From assembly GCA_043228905.1 (NCBI GenBank), contig JBHGNT010000017.1:10106001-10170000 (forward strand): a DNA stretch of 64,000 nt, given 5' to 3'. The position numbers were made by a program, and so were the translations under genes. The stretch is from Azolla caroliniana (lineage: Eukaryota; Plantae; Polypodiophyta). The notes below the pieces were generated by a model. It saw nothing but the letters and a program-made list of their open reading frames with translations. It searched no databases and was not told the DNA's origin. Below, piece by piece: positions 63,881 to 64,000 of the stretch (its first letter is position 1; each line of letters begins with the position of its first letter).

Positions 63881-64000
63881 GAAGGAGCCGGTAGGGGTGA
63901 ACATGGGGAGGTGTGTCAGGCCGGAAAGGCACACCTTGGACAGAACAAGAGTCTCGCAAGTGGCCATCATGGGCCGAATCGAAGCGTGACTACGGGACGG

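Larger units (their letters stand above)
60700..64000 (+). mobile_element. Trp-primed gag-only LTR element E (5' LTR 60700-61454; runs off the window)
   Basis: LTR TGTCGTGAAG..TAACAACGCGACA, Trp PBS 61459-61476, capsid-like ORF, then repeat modules shared with D. No pol motifs lie inside the window. Confidence 0.85.

Overview
Land-plant nuclear DNA. A non-seed plant such as a fern or lycophyte is a guess from the element types, not something the sequence proves. There is one host gene, an intronless-CDS PHT4;6/ANTR5-like anion/phosphate transporter (9374-10723, minus). The rest is about 50 kb of deeply nested LTR retrotransposons in three groups: (i) a tRNA-iMet-primed Ty1/copia family with Gag 'MDRGMASSL..EKLDRTNYASW' (copies called A, I, J, L, N, plus the more distant K); (ii) a Tnt1/Tork-like copia family (B, H, G, M and LTR piece O); (iii) a tRNA-Trp-primed Ty3/gypsy group with 4-bp TSDs. 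Group (iii) is the most interesting. It has a near-complete helper-type element C (13765-20955) whose Gag-protease ORF ends on a G GAU UUU slippery site followed by a predicted H-type pseudoknot (-1 frameshift into RT-RH-IN). C also carries a tRNA-like A/B-box cassette in its LTR. Two capsid-only, pol-less satellite elements (D, E) and a solo LTR (F) keep C-type cis signals but have different LTR bodies, and D and E carry long repeat-rich ORFs. All four group (iii) insertions sit on a CpG-centred 4-mer, and C and E landed at the homologous base of the same copia LTR family. All coordinates and comparisons were made by eye; no database searches were run.
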